A stretch of 63,944 bases of DNA, the filler included, from Octopus bimaculoides (Eukaryota): assembly GCF_001194135.2 (NCBI RefSeq). It is 8 parts of 8 records of this genome, joined end to end, with 100 filler letters (N's around TTAATTAATTAA, not from the genome) between each part and the next. Parts side by side here need not be neighbours in the genome. Positions count along the whole stretch, not along the records: positions 1 to 10,328 come from NW_026399181.1; positions 10,429 to 20,228 come from NW_026307057.1; 6 more parts are not named here. One strand, given 5' to 3'. The position numbers and the translations under genes were made by a program. The notes beneath the pieces were generated by a model. That model made no database searches and had not been told where the DNA came from. It saw nothing but the letters and a program-made list of their open reading frames with translations. The stretch's first letter is position 1; each line of letters starts with the position of its first letter. Positions 1 to 12,940 of the stretch are shown here, piece after piece.

Positions 1-148
1 ATATATATATATATATATATGTGTGTGTATGTGCGTGCGTAAGTATGTATGTGTGTGTGTGTGGGTATATATATATATATGTGTGTGTGTGTATAATAAT
101 CAGGCAATGATCTGATAGCTCTGCGTCGGAAAGAATTGAAAAAATATG

Positions 149-359
149 GAAAAAAGTGAAAGGAGTACAGTGAACTTGCCGTGAGAAGTGGAATATCCAA
201 CGTTTCGGATTCAATCCTTCGTCAGGAGGCAGAGAAAAGGAGAAGAAAAAGAGAATAAAGTCAAACAGAGTTTACATCCACTCACCTTGAATGGAATATC
301 TGAAACGTTGGCTATTCCACTCTTCACGGCAAGTTCACTGTACCCCTTTCACTTTTTTC
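149..359. repeat. Inverted repeat, 62-bp arms (149-210 / 298-359), Penelope pLTR-like
   Basis: GAAAAAAGTGAAAGGAGTACAGTGAACTTGCCGTGAGAAGTGGAATATCCAACGTTTCGGAT is the reverse complement of 298-359 with about 5 mismatches; 87-nt spacer; overlaps a hammerhead-like motif. Confidence 0.85.
196..226 (-). ncRNA. Minimal hammerhead ribozyme-like motif (type I, weak stem I)
   Basis: Minus strand C-CTGACGA-A-GGAT-TGA-ATCC-GAAACGT-T-GG; canonical core and 4-bp stem II, but stem I only 2 bp. Confidence 0.5.
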
Positions 360-622
360 TGTATGTATGTATGTATAAATGTGTACATATGTGAAGAGAA
401 AGGGACATGAGAGTACGTTGGTTTGGGGAACCATTCAAATATTTCAACCATGTTGTCATCACAAACAACTCAAGTACTCGCGATTCAAATGTTTACTTCT
501 CTCCTCCCAAAGTTTTTCTAAGTTTTGCATCTGCGTGATAAAAAGAATAAAAATAAAAGCAAGAAAACTACAGAAGAACAGAATTAATATGGACATTAAA
601 CATGACCATGATGACATATCAA

Positions 623-661
623 TCATTTCTGTCGAAGAGTGTAGGCTTGAAACATCGAAGA
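623..661 (+). ncRNA. Decayed minimal hammerhead-like motif, U6 core variant
   Basis: TCATTT-CTGTCGA-A-GAG-TGTAGG-CTT-GAAACAT-C-GAAGA; homologous to 35448-35484. Confidence 0.5.
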
Positions 662-782
662 CTTTTCCATTCTTCCTGAGTTCTAAACAAATACACCTGC
701 TTGTCGTTCCTTTATCTGCCATTGTCTTTTGTTTTCTGTAAATTTGAATACACCCCCACACACACACACACACACACACAAC

Positions 783-943
783 AGGCTTCTTTCAGCTTCT
801 GCCTACCAAATCCACCTACAAGGATTTAGTCAGCTCGAGGCTATAGCAAGAAGACACCTGCCCAAAGTACTACACAGTGGGATTGAACCTGGGACCATGT
901 AGTTGAGAAGCAAGCTTCTTACCACACAGCTACGCCTGCACCT
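783..943 (-). mobile_element. SINE family A (tRNA head + CORE-like box), 5' half
   Basis: Reverse complement of the head seen at 7722 and 42278. Further partial copies at 2025-2072+, 3338-3445+, 8362-8457-, 8473-8520+, 19603-19660-, 41895-42110-, 51544-51640+. Confidence 0.85.
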
Positions 944-2075
944 GTATGCATGTGTGCATATTAAAAAGAAAAACCCAAAAGAAATAGCTTCTTCAAAGCA
1001 TTGTAACTCTCCACCTATTACCAGCAATTTGTTACCCTATCTCTAATCCCATTTAATTCTTGCTTGTCTATCAATTTACCATTCTGTTATTTGGCCAATA
1101 TTTAGACGTAATTTGGCAACTTTCCTCAATTCTTCCCTCTAACATAATTTTTACCATTATTTTTTTTAGAAAATGATTTTTTATTTGTTTCATAATTTTT
1201 TTTTTTTTCTTTTTTCATTTTTAATATCTCCATCTTCCTCTCATCAAACTCGGAAAGCCGTGAGAATCAAATACTTTCCCATTCTAATTACTGACCCTTG
1301 GCGGAAAACGAATACGCAACTGTCTGCCACCCATCACCGCCTTTCCCCCACCACCAAGCAGAGAATGGGAGAGAGGGTACCAAAAGGGAATAGCATAAAG
1401 AAAGCCAAACCAAAACCACCAAAACATCTAAATTCAAATATTAAAATGATTCTTTAACTACGCAAAACGTGGAACAGAAAAAAAAATGTTTTTAAATGAT
1501 TAAATATGAAATGATAAAAAGCAACAAAACAGTAAAAACCTAAAAGTAAAAAAATAATAATAACTAAATAAAACAAACAGAAAATAAAAACAACAAATGC
1601 TGAGGCATAATAAAATTAATTGTGCTGAAATTTCTTCAACTAATTAAATATTTTCGGGACAAAATAATTAATAGAGAAGCAAGTATTAAATACTCTTTTA
1701 AGTCCTTTCTACAGTTTCTTATTAAGTTCTTCACACATTATTCTACACACAAACACACATCATATAACTATATACATATACACACACACACACACACAGA
1801 TCATATATCTATATATACACACACACACAGATCATATATCTATAAATATCTATATATACACACAAACACAAATCATATATATATATATACACACACAAAC
1901 ACACGCATACACGTACATACACACATGTGCATACATACACACATATACATGCACATACGTACACACGCATATACATGCACATACATACACACACATATAC
2001 ATACGCATACATACACACACATATGTGTGAGTGGATTTGGTAGACAGAAAGCTGAAAGCAGCCCATCATGTAGGG

Positions 2076-2141
<66 letters not shown>

Positions 2142-3844
2142 NNNNNNNNNNNNNNNNNNNNNNNNNNNNNNNNNNNNNNNNNNNNNNNNNNNNNNNNNNN
2201 NNNNNNNNNNNNNNNNNNNNNNNNNNNNNNNNNNNNNNNNNNNNNNNNNNNNNNNNNNNNNNNNNNNNNNNNNNNNNNNNNNNNNNNNNNNNNNNNNNNN
2301 NNNNNNNNNNNNNNNNNNNNNNNNNNNNNNNNNNNNNNNNNNNNNNNNNNNNNNNNNNNNNNNNNNNNNNNNNNNNNNNNNNNNNNNNNNNNNNNNNNNN
2401 NNNNNNNNNNNNNNNNNNNNNNNNNNNNNNNNNNNNNNNNNNNNNNNNNNNNNNNNNNNNNNNNNNNNNNNNNNNNNNNNNNNNNNNNNNNNNNNNNNNN
2501 NNNNNNNNNNNNNNNNNNNNNNNNNNNNNNNNNNNNNNNNNNNNNNNNNNNNNNNNNNNNNNNNNNNNNNNNNNNNNNNNNNNNNNNNNNNNNNNNNNNN
2601 NNNNNNNNNNNNNNNNNNNNNNNNNNNNNNNNNNNNNNNNNNNNNNNNNNNNNNNNNNNNNNNNNNNNNNNNNNNNNNNNNNNNNNNNNNNNNNNNNNNN
2701 NNNNNNNNNNNNNNNNNNNNNNNNNNNNNNNNNNNNNNNNNNNNNNNNNNNNNNNNNNNNNNNNNNNNNNNNNNNNNTATATATATATATATATACACAC
2801 ACAGTAGTACCTCAGTTCTTGAACAGCTTTGATCATGAGTAAATCGTGCTGTATATATGATATATATATATGAAGCAGGATTTATTTGTGATCAGAGGCA
2901 TTTGTAAGCCGAAGCACTACTGTATTAAATGAATATGAGAAAGACAGGAAATAAAGTACAATTTATTCGTGATCAAAGTTGATCGAAAACCAAGGATCTT
3001 TCACACACGTATATATATATAGGTTCTTTGGATTGTTGTGATGAATAAGTTTTCTTTCTTTCTTTCTTTCTTTACTTATTTATTTATGTGAGTATTTTAT
3101 TATTGGAGGACATAAGAGGCAAACTATTTGAATTATCCACTTGACATTATTATTATTCGTTTTAGAACAATCCAGAGGGAAATATATTTATTTATCAACA
3201 GCTACACAACTCACAGGTCAAAAACCCGGGTGACTAGTTTGGTAAGTGTCAATGCACGAAACTCACAGACCTTGAGTCACTCTGTTACTTCTGCTAAATA
3301 TTAATTAAAAAAAAAATATGTGTATGTGTGTGTCTGTGTGTTTGTCGACCACCATCACCACCTGACAACCGGTGTTGGTTTGTTTACATCCCAATGATTG
3401 AGCAGTTCAGCAAAAGAAACGGAGTAACCCAGGCTTAAAAATGACTGCCTCGTGATTGTGAGCTTGACGCTCTAACCTCTGAGCCATGTGCCTTCACTCT
3501 GAACATAAAGACAAAATGCTGCTAAGCACTTTGTCCGGCTTGCTAAGGATTCTACCATCTCGCCACCTTCTGCGGCTAAGTACTAACAGACTCCATTATT
3601 TACCACTGTCTCACTGGTGCCAACTACAAACCCCATCATGCCACACCATGCCGTTATGTCCACATACGTATTTATAATGGACTAGATGCAGGGCCAAGCC
3701 AGTGGCTGGCGCCTCACCATTGCATGCGTGGAGAAACAGATGTTCAATGAATAAATCGAGACAGCGGAAATGAGGAAATCCAAGAGGTTATTCACAGAAT
3801 ATTTACAGAACTCAGTTGCCACCTGTTCTTTTACTTTCCTTGTC

Positions 3845-3887
<43 letters not shown>

Positions 3888-4689
3888 TGATGCAACGAGA
3901 AGCAAAGGAAGTTGAATAGTTATGCATGGATGACTTCAGCAATGACTTAAACAATAACAACAACAACGACAACAATAATCACCCCAATAACAACAGCAAG
4001 CACTTCAACCACCACAACTGCAGAAGCCTTCAAATGATGTTTGTAGCGAATACGTTTGGTTCTCTGAGAAATGCTGCATTGAACGAACTGAATCAGTAGA
4101 AGCTCTACACATACACATGGAATGTGTGTCATGATGTACTCACCAACTTCCCCATACAATGAGAGTTCAAATCCTGCTGAAGTTGAATTCAGATTTTCCC
4201 CTTCCCAATAAAATCAAGTACCAGCTGGTTCACAAAAGATTTTAAATATATAGGTTTGGTCAAAAGTCACTCGACAGTAAATCAAAATTCCATAAATGCC
4301 ATTATTTGTAATTCTGTATTGACTCAAATGAAAAAAATGTGTCACTCAAGAAGGACTTCAGTTTGAATAATTTTCATGATGTTCCATACATATATACATA
4401 CATAAATAAATACATACATGTACCCAAGTTTGATGAAACAAAATATTAGATTTTTGATGCAACAAAGTAACAGGTATTTTAATAAAACAACAAGTTATTA
4501 ATCTTGGTCAGCTCAAAGCTGACCTTGACTTAGACTGATGACTAAAAGAATTTCAAACATGATTATACCAGGGTGAATTTATTTGACTAAACCCTTCAAG
4601 CATTGTTCCAGCATGGCCCAGCATTGTCCCAATGACTGTGAAAGCTAAAATATAAAAGAATTGCATAACCCAGAACACATGACAGGGTA

Positions 4690-5015
4690 AAGATCCCCTT
4701 CGGTCATGAATGACCATGGGATTGCACCTAGAAAGTTCCCCTCCAAGGCACAAGTCTGAGCAAGGTTGTTTATAGAAGACCAGCAGTCGCCCATGCATAC
4801 CAGCCTCCCCTCTCCATGCCACTGATGTTATCCAAGGGAAAGGCAAAGGCTGATACAGCTTGGCACCAGTGACATTGCAACTCATTTTTACAGATGAGTG
4901 AACTCAAGCAATGTGGAATAAAGGGTCTTTCTCAAGAACACAACACACAACCCGGTCTGAAAATTGAACTCACTTCCTTCTGATTGTGAGCCTGGCACTC
5001 TACCCACTCAGCCAG
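4690..5015 (-). mobile_element. SINE family D (tRNA head, GTGTTCTTGAGCAAGACAC box)
   Basis: Reverse-complement match along its length to 32337-32665. Confidence 0.8.
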
Positions 5016-5833
5016 GTCCTTGCTTAAAACAGTGGGCTACGGTTTCAGGGAGATTTGGTTGTTATTTCTAGCAGGTTAGACAACCACATAGAAGCCCCCT
5101 TATTTCTTACTGTGGCATACTTTGACATCTTTCCGTCTTACAGCTACTCTAGGTCTTGAAATGGAGCTAAGACGGCAGCATTTTTTCTTTTTTATGATAA
5201 GAACCCCATCACCCTATCCACAAGACATTTAAGGTGCTGCTAATCTGGTGCTTAGAATGGACTTATTAACAAGAATCTGGCATCAAGGAAGCAATCCATG
5301 AAATTACAGAAAGACTATCCATAGAAGACTGGTAGGTTTTGGTGGAGGTTTTTGTTGTCGGTTTTCTTTTTCCATCACAGAAAATGAATATGGAAAATAG
5401 AGAGCAAGATGATAGATAGATAGACAGACAGATATATATATATTATATATATATATATATATATATCTGTCTATGTAGAGTGAGAGAGGGGGGGGGGAGA
5501 GGGAGAGAAGGAGAAAGATATGAATGTAAGAGAGAACACCAGAGTCTTGGAGCTGGAGTCACCAGAAATTATCAGCAGTTGGATTAAATTACTCGTATCT
5601 ATTAATTCACTCCAGTTTATTGAAATTAGTAAACAAGAGTGACAACAACAACAACAACAGCAACCGTAACGATGATGATGATGGTGGTGGTGATGATGGT
5701 ACTAACACCAACCTATGAAAATACATACAGATATTACATATCTAATATCCCTTCTAAATCATTTGACAGTCAAAATATAATTTTGTATAATTTGAAACTG
5801 TTCATGTGTGAAATAAAGTGATGCCCCACATTA

Positions 5834-5888
<55 letters not shown>

Positions 5889-6549
5889 GCATGTGAATAT
5901 GTTTATGTAGTGTTTAACATCGAAGGGTGTATGTTATACACAGATATATATACATATATATGTAATGGTTACAACTTGATACCAAATTCAATTTCTCTGA
6001 ATATGATGCTAATCCACTTGGACATACTGATGATAAAAAGTAAGATTTATATTTATGTATGCACCGCCCCCCCACACACACACATACAGAAGCACAAATG
6101 AAAATACAGTCACCTAGACATACACACACACACACACTCGTGACAAGCACTAACATTTATACATATGTACGCACCCATACATAGAAGCACAAATGAGAAT
6201 ACACGAGAAATCACACATACACACAAACACTAACATATATACATATATATGTTATATGCACAAACTCATAAAAGCACAAATGCAAATATACAAACTCGTA
6301 CACGTCTGCACACATTTCACACACGTGCTTTCTTACATAGAAAGAAATATGACCACCACAACCCAAAGAAATACTGTAATCTCTAGAATACAAGTCAAAA
6401 GTTTCAGACCAAAATTTACAGCTGAAAAAAAAAAAAAAATGTAGGCCTACTTATACACTGAGATGGTTTTGGAGGACCAAAAATTCCATATAAAATGCAG
6501 CAGGACTTGGAAACATAGTGAAGTTGTTTGAAGTCAAGTCATAGTCAAG

Positions 6550-6660
6550 GCAGATATTGGTGTCGTGCAACTGGCACCCGTGTCAGTGGCATGCAAAAGC
6601 ACCCGTTACACTCTCAGAGTGGTTGGCATTAGGAAGGGTGTCCAACCGTAGAAACTATGC
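6550..6660 (+). mobile_element. Retroposon 3' module (GGCATTAGGAAGGG..CCAGCCGTAGAAA), RTE-tail type
   Basis: Same motif at 10110-10168+, 48620-48765- and 51740-51950+; a related 3' end at 47662-47778+. RTE assignment is from recalled similarity only. Confidence 0.6.
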
Positions 6661-6687
6661 TAATCAGCGGAATCTCAGAAGTAGTAA

Positions 6688-6807
6688 TTAATCCAAACAA
6701 GGGGTAGACCGCAAACTACTCTCCGGGCCAAGGATAGCTTGATTGCAGGAAGTTTGCATTGTTATTAAGATATCCTGTGTTAACTTGCAGGGGATGCAGT
6801 TGAAATG
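6688..6807 (-). CDS. Candidate exon, possibly terminal (AFQLHPCKLTQDILITMQTSCNQAILGPESSLRSTPCLD*)
   Basis: Strong pyrimidine acceptor TGTTTTCCTCTCAAACTGTGCTTTCTAG; phase 0 fits the candidate exon at 9415-9563; no homology recognised. Confidence 0.3.
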   Translation of the reverse strand, partial: HFNCIPCKLTQDILITMQTSCNQAILGPESSLRSTPCLD

Positions 6808-7374
6808 CCTAGAAAGCACAGTTTGAGAGGAAAACATATTTGTCAAATACACGCAATATATATATATATATATATATATATANNNNNNNNNNNNNNNNNN
6901 NNNNNNNNNNNNNNNNNNNNNNNNNNNNNNNNNNNNNNNNNNNNNNNNNNNNNNNNNNNNNNNNNNNNNNNNNNNNNNNNNNNNNNNNNNNNNNNNNNNN
7001 NNNNNNNNNNNNNNNNNNNNNNNNNNNNNNNNNNNNNNNNNNNNNNNNNNNNNNNNNNNNNNNNNNNNNNNNNNNNNNNNNNNNNNNNNNNNNNNNNNNN
7101 NNNNNNNNNNNNNNNNNNNNNNNNNNNNNNNNNNNNNNNNNNNNNNNNNNNNNNNNNNNNNNNNNNNNNNNNNNNNNNNNNNNNNNNNNATATATATATA
7201 TCCAAGAAAGTTAGGGGTTGTGAATCCAACCCACTAAGGGATAATATCTATCCAATATACTGCTGGAAGAATACCCAATTATTATCACACTAGTGTTTTT
7301 TCATTGCATGGCAATTACATTACCAAGTGTAATAAATGGGTGAGGGTAAAAAGTTATTTTACCATTAATTTATA

Positions 7375-7708
7375 CAGCAATAAGAAAATTGAAGGGACTA
7401 ATACGTGGTATTCATCAACTTGCAGACATTGTATTATGTTAATTTACTTGTTTATTTGTTTACTAAAAGGGCAATAATAACAATATACAAACACATATGA
7501 CATATTATGTCTTATATCAGTAATTATAATCCCAATTTCTATTACTATGTTATATTTTTATAATAACTGATATAAGACATAATATGTCATATGTGTTTGT
7601 ATATTGTTATTATTGTCCTTTTAGTAAATAAACAAGTAAATTGACATAATATAATGCCTATAAGTTGATGAATATCACCTAATCATCCCCTCCATTTTCT
7701 TATTGCTA
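7375..7708. mobile_element. Foldback MITE, about 150-bp TIRs, TA TSD
   Basis: Arms 7375-7529 and 7558-7708 are reverse complements; TA at 7373-7374 and 7709-7710; 28-nt spacer. Confidence 0.9.
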
Positions 7709-7721
7709 TATATATATATAT

Positions 7722-7884
7722 GGAGTGGCTGTGTGGTATAAGTAGTTTGCTTACCAACCACATGGCTCCGGGTTCAGTCCCACTGCGTGACGCCTTGGGC
7801 AAGTGTCTTCTACTATAGCATTGGGCTGACCAAAACCTTGGGAGTAGATTTGGTAGACGGAAGCTGAAAGAAGCACATCGTATA

Positions 7885-7924
<40 letters not shown>

Positions 7925-8138
7925 CATGTGTATGTTTGTGTGTCTGTGTTTGTTCCCCCACCATCGCTTGAAACTGATGTTGGTGTGCTTATGTCCCCGA
8001 AACTTAGCGGTTCGGCAAAAGAGACCGATAGAATAAGTACTAAGCTTAACAAAGAATAAGTCCTGGGGTCAATTCGTTCGACTAAAGGCAGTGCTCCAGC
8101 ATGGCCACAGTCAAATGACTGAAACAGATAAAAGAATA
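7722..8138 (+). mobile_element. SINE family A, full length
   Basis: tRNA-like head GGAGTGGCTGTGTGGT..GGTTCAGTCCC, CORE-like CCTTGGGCAAGTG, internal (TG)n, tail GGCAGTGCTCCAGCATGGCCACAGTCAAATGACTGAAACA. Confidence 0.9.
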
Positions 8139-8179
<41 letters not shown>

Positions 8180-8515
8180 GTGTGTGCATATATACACACA
8201 CACATATACTAACATGTTATTGGCATCATAAGAATTTAAGGCTTGACATGTTTTTCTGCAGCAAACAGGAACCAACAATATTCCTTATATGGCAGAGACG
8301 CTCATTTACAGCCACCACATGATGTCAAGACACACACACACACACACACACATCATATACATACGATGGGCTTCCACACAGTTACTGTTAACTAAATCTA
8401 ACAAAGACTTGGTCAGCCAAGTGTTATAACAGAAGACACTTGCCCAAGGCATCACACCTCACTGTGAGCAAATTGTGAGTAAATTTGGTACATGGAAACT
8501 GAAAGAAGCCCGTCA

Positions 8516-8554
<39 letters not shown>

Positions 8555-9414
8555 NNNNNNNNNNNNNNNNNNNNNNNNNNNNNNNNNNNNNNNNNNNNNN
8601 NNNNNNNNNNNNNNNNNNNNNNNNNNNNNNNNNNNNNNNNNNNNNNNNNNNNNNNNNNNNNNNNNNNNNNNNNNNNNNNNNNNNNNNNNNNNNNNNNNNN
8701 NNNNNNNNNNNNNNNNNNNNNNNNNNNNNNNNNNNNNNNNNNNNNNNNNNNNNNNNNNNNNNNNNNNNNNNNNNNNNNNNNNNNNNNNNNNNNNNNNNNN
8801 NNNNNNNNNNNNNNNNNNNNNNNNNNNNNNNNNNNNNNNNNNNNNNNNNNNNNNNNNNNNNNNNNNNNNNNNNNNNNNNNNNNNNNNNNNNNNNNNNNNN
8901 NNNNNNNNNNNNNNNNNNNNNNNNNNNNNNNNNNNNNNNNNNNNNNNNNNNNNNNNNNNNNNNNNNNNNNNNNNNNNNNNNNNNNNNNNNNNNNNNNNNN
9001 NNNNNNNNNNNNNNNNNNNNNNNNNNNNNNNNNNNNNNNNNNNNNNNNNNNNNNNNNNNNNNNNNNNNNNNNNNNNNNNNNNNNNNNNNNNNNNNNNNNN
9101 NNNNNNNNNNNNNNNNNNNNNNNNNNNNNNNNNNNNNNNNNNNNNNNNNNNNNNNNNNNNNNNNNNNNNNNNNNNNNNNNNNNNNNNNNNNNNNNNNNNN
9201 NNNNNNNNNNNNNNNNNNNNNNNNNNNNNNNNNNNNNNNNNNNNNNNNNNNNNNNNNNNNNNNNNNNNNNNNNNNNNNNNNNNNNNNNNNNNNNNNNNNN
9301 NNNNNNNNNNNNNNNNNNNNNNNNNNNNNNNNNNNNNNNNNNNNNNNNNNNNNNNNNNNNNNNNNNNNNNNCCTTCTAACCTCTCTCCCCCCACCCACCG
9401 CCAGCCACACCCAC

Positions 9415-9563
9415 CTCCGTCATTCTGCTTATTAGCGTTTCTCTGGTAGAACCATTAGTGGTGGATGGTAAGACACGGAAGCTCTTAACTTTCTCTGGCA
9501 AGCTCTTTGAGGATAGTTTTTGGCTGAGGCCTCTCTCAGACAGGTCAGGATTTCTGGCGTAGA
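9415..9563 (-). CDS. Candidate internal exon (YARNPDLSERGLSQKLSSKSLPEKVKSFRVLPSTTNGSTRETLISRMTE)
   Basis: Long polypyrimidine tract ending CTAAATCAG, open frame, donor GAG|GTGGGT; unique non-repeat sequence; no homology recognised. Confidence 0.35.
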
Positions 9564-10372
9564 CTGATTTAGAAGATGGAGAAGACAGGCAGAGAGGATG
9601 AAAGACGTAGAAAAGGAAAAGAAAAAAGAGGCAAACGAAAGATGAAAAGACTGATGAAGAAAGAAAGAGGAACAGAAGAAGAAAATGGAAAGAGGAAAGA
9701 AAAGGGAAGCTGGAGAGAAAGAATAGAGAAGAAAAGGAAGGAAGAATAAGAGATAAATCATTTCTAATCTAGATACAAAGCCATCAGTTTTGAGGGGAGG
9801 CGTGTGTGTGATACCATCGACCCCAGTTTATGAATGGTACTTTCTTTTATGGAGCCTAGAATAGTGATGGGCAAAGTTGACTGCATTTCACATTGCTCCA
9901 GTCCACTCAGCCGCTGGCAAAAATTTATCATACTGCAGTCTTTCAGAACTTGACATAAAGTGGCATCCCACCTCCAAAATACCCCCACCATCTTTCATTT
10001 AGACATGGAGGTTCTTCTCTGTCTTGTACTTTACTGTCTTATTAGTAAAAAACTAGCTGATACCACAAGTGCCAGGGGAAAAAAGAAAAAGAAAAAAAAC
10101 CAAACGCTCAGTAGACACTGTACGATGGTTGGCATTAGGAAGGGCACCCAGCCGTAAAAACCATCCACACTAAAGCTAACCGCCCACACTTTTTTCTGCA
10201 AAATAGGGGTAGTTTATCCTGTTCAAGCTATATTATTAGCATTATCATGCGATTGAGAATTTAAAATCACTTCTTTAACTTTCTAAGACATCTCAACGCT
10301 TTTAAAAGCAAGCTTCGTTTGTTTGTTTNNNNNNNNNNNNNNNNNNNNNNNNNNNNNNNNNNNNNNNNNNNN

Positions 10373-10384
10373 TTAATTAATTAA
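10373..10384. other. Assembly spacer TTAATTAATTAA inside 100-bp gaps (artefact)
   Basis: Identical 44N-12bp-44N unit at 10373, 20273, 29687, 47325, 54309, 59212 and 61908; stop codons in all six frames. Confidence 0.97.
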
Positions 10385-10596
10385 NNNNNNNNNNNNNNNN
10401 NNNNNNNNNNNNNNNNNNNNNNNNNNNNACACACACACATATATATATACACATATATACACACACACACATATATATATACACATATATACACACACAC
10501 ACATATATATATACACATATATACACACACACACATATATATATATATACACATATATACACACACACACATATATATACACACACACATATATAT

Positions 10597-10633
<37 letters not shown>

Positions 10634-10635
10634 CA

Positions 10636-10849
10636 CGGTAATCCCTCACCATATCAGGGTTCACCTATCGCGGTTCATTATTTAAGCTTAAGCCGATTCC
10701 TCAATGGTACTGTTTTAGATTTGTAATAAAATAGATATATAAAAAACAAAAAAAAAAGTATACAGTGCAGTACTGTTTCTACTTCATGCGTTTTCATCTA
10801 TTGCGGGGGATTTTGCTATGTAACACCTGCGAAAGTCGAAGGATTACAG
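10636..10849. mobile_element. pogo/Tigger-type MITE
   Basis: Ends CGGTAATCCCTC..GGATTACAG; inverted homolog at 19345-19542. Confidence 0.8.
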
Positions 10850-10919
10850 ATAGACAACAGATAGATAGATCTTTATACGTATGTGTATTTATATATGTAT
10901 ATAGCCACGTCTGTATCTT

Positions 10920-10974
<55 letters not shown>

Positions 10975-11142
10975 TATACACACACACACACACATATATA
11001 TATGTACATACATGTTTCATCTATACATATATATCCATGTATACATACACATGTATGACCAAATTTTATAGTCAAACAAATATATTTACATATTTGCAAA
11101 TCTATATTCATTTATATAAGACTATATGTATTTATATATAAA

Positions 11143-12052
11143 CTAGCTGACGTACCCGGTAATTCCCGGGAAAGCGGGGCTTATCCCTTGGCTCCGTTCC
11201 CATTATTGTTTTACTAATCCTATAACAATACAAAGTATGTAACCCTTAAAACGGTTTTTGTGCATTTACAGAGAATACCGAACTGTCTTACACAGGATCT
11301 TGTTTTTAGGGATTCCCAATAAGTTACGAATACCCAAAATGTGAAGTCAGTTATGTAATAACAAAATTAGTTACCCGATAGTAAGAATTCAGATAAAGTA
11401 GCTCCGAAAAGGGCTTTAATGCGTTCCCAGAGTATATAGAACATAACAGAAAATATTAATAAGGTATGTATACTAAAATCGTGAAGCATATTACATAATA
11501 ACAGGCTAATCAGATATGAGGTAATAACGATTCAAAGTAAATAACTCTGAAAAGGGCTTTTGTGCGTTCCCAGAGAATATTATCCTCAGGGGCGCTAGTG
11601 TTGGTATATTCGTGAATAAGTTACAAACCGAAATAAGTGAATCTATTGTTTAGGAAAATACTATTTACTTGTTTAAGGGTTGTACTGGATAAATTGCAAA
11701 AATAACTAACAGTTCAAATACTAAGAAATAAGCATACTCAATTTGATTTATACCAAATAATTTAAGAAAATGAATGGGTTATTTCCCTTGGCTATATATA
11801 AGGATCCCTTAAAGGAGCGAACGGATTATTTCACTTGGCTTTTAAAATAAAATATATTAGATATATATAAAGATCCCTTCCAGGGGCCCCATAATCGATT
11901 TTTTTTTCAACAATCTGAGTATGCTATAAGGTTTCCAGACATGATTTCTACTCACGTGTCAAGTTTCATCCAAATCGATAAAACGATGTAGGAGGAGTTA
12001 GCTAACAACTCCACAAACACATCCACAGACAGAATTTCCCACATGTAGTAGA
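11143..12052 (-). mobile_element. Non-autonomous Helitron, both termini intact
   Basis: Minus strand A|TC at 12052, CTAG|T at 11146-11143, GC hairpin CCCGG-N6-CCGGG (11155-11170) 8 nt from the CTAG, no TSD, internal repeats. Confidence 0.85.
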
Positions 12053-12769
12053 TTAATGAATGACAAATAAAGCAAAAAAAAAAAGGAGTCATCAAATGAA
12101 TTTCATTATCTTACAGCTGTTTCTGCAACAAGAAGTATTGCAACTCAGAGCTGAGTTCTCGTGCAATATCCTACAACTTCGACGGAGCTATATATCTATG
12201 TGTTACAGTGTATATATAAATATACGTACGAAAATATGTGTGTATGAGCCTGTTTGTTTGTGTGTTCGTTTGTGTGTGTTTGTGTGTGTATACACTATAT
12301 GCAACATTATATATATGTATACATATGCTTACTTACACAAGACTCGCCTTTTAAGAAACTTTAGAACTTCTGTCGATAACAATAAAAAAATTAGTGTGTG
12401 TGAGTATATGTATGTGTGTGTGCGTGTGTTTATTTGTATATGTATGTGCGCGCATGAGTATATGCATGTGTGTATGTGTGTTGTCTCCTCATATACATAG
12501 ATGTTAACATAATTTAATGTGTGCATTTGAGCGTATGCTCAATGATTCACGCCCTGCATTGTAGTTAGTTGTATGTATGTCTAACACATTAATGCGCCTA
12601 TACATTCTATAAATATTTGTATAGGTATGTGTGTACGATCATACCAACATAAAACGCTTACATATAATATATATATTTTTATGTATATATAAATAAATAA
12701 ATAAATATATATACTCTTAGCTACAATAGCGACAACATGAATTTCTCCCCTCTTCTTGGTCCGTTAAAA

Positions 12770-12940
12770 TATTTGAGAAAAATTATATTAATATGTCCTA
12801 TAGGTTAAAATTCTATTTATTTATTTGTGCAGCTGAAGATGGCATTGCATTTAAATTGATGTAATGATTGCATTGTTCAATTAAATGGAGTCGCTTGAAA
12901 TGGTCGTACTGCAACACTACTTGATATCCTGTTGCTTATT
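12770..12940 (+). repeat. Unclassified dispersed repeat, copy 1
   Basis: About 165 bp highly similar to 16478-16640 (GAAAAATTATATTAAT..GATATCCTGTTGC). Confidence 0.85.

Noticed and set aside
5273-5330. Plus-strand exon ESGIKEAIHEITERLSIEDW
   Set aside because: Weak AAG acceptor, upstream in-frame stop and no phase-compatible partner found.
7722-7795. tRNA genes at SINE heads (also 32337, 37213, 45380, 61125)
   Set aside because: A/B boxes are present but I could not build a complete cloverleaf, and each continues into a SINE body.
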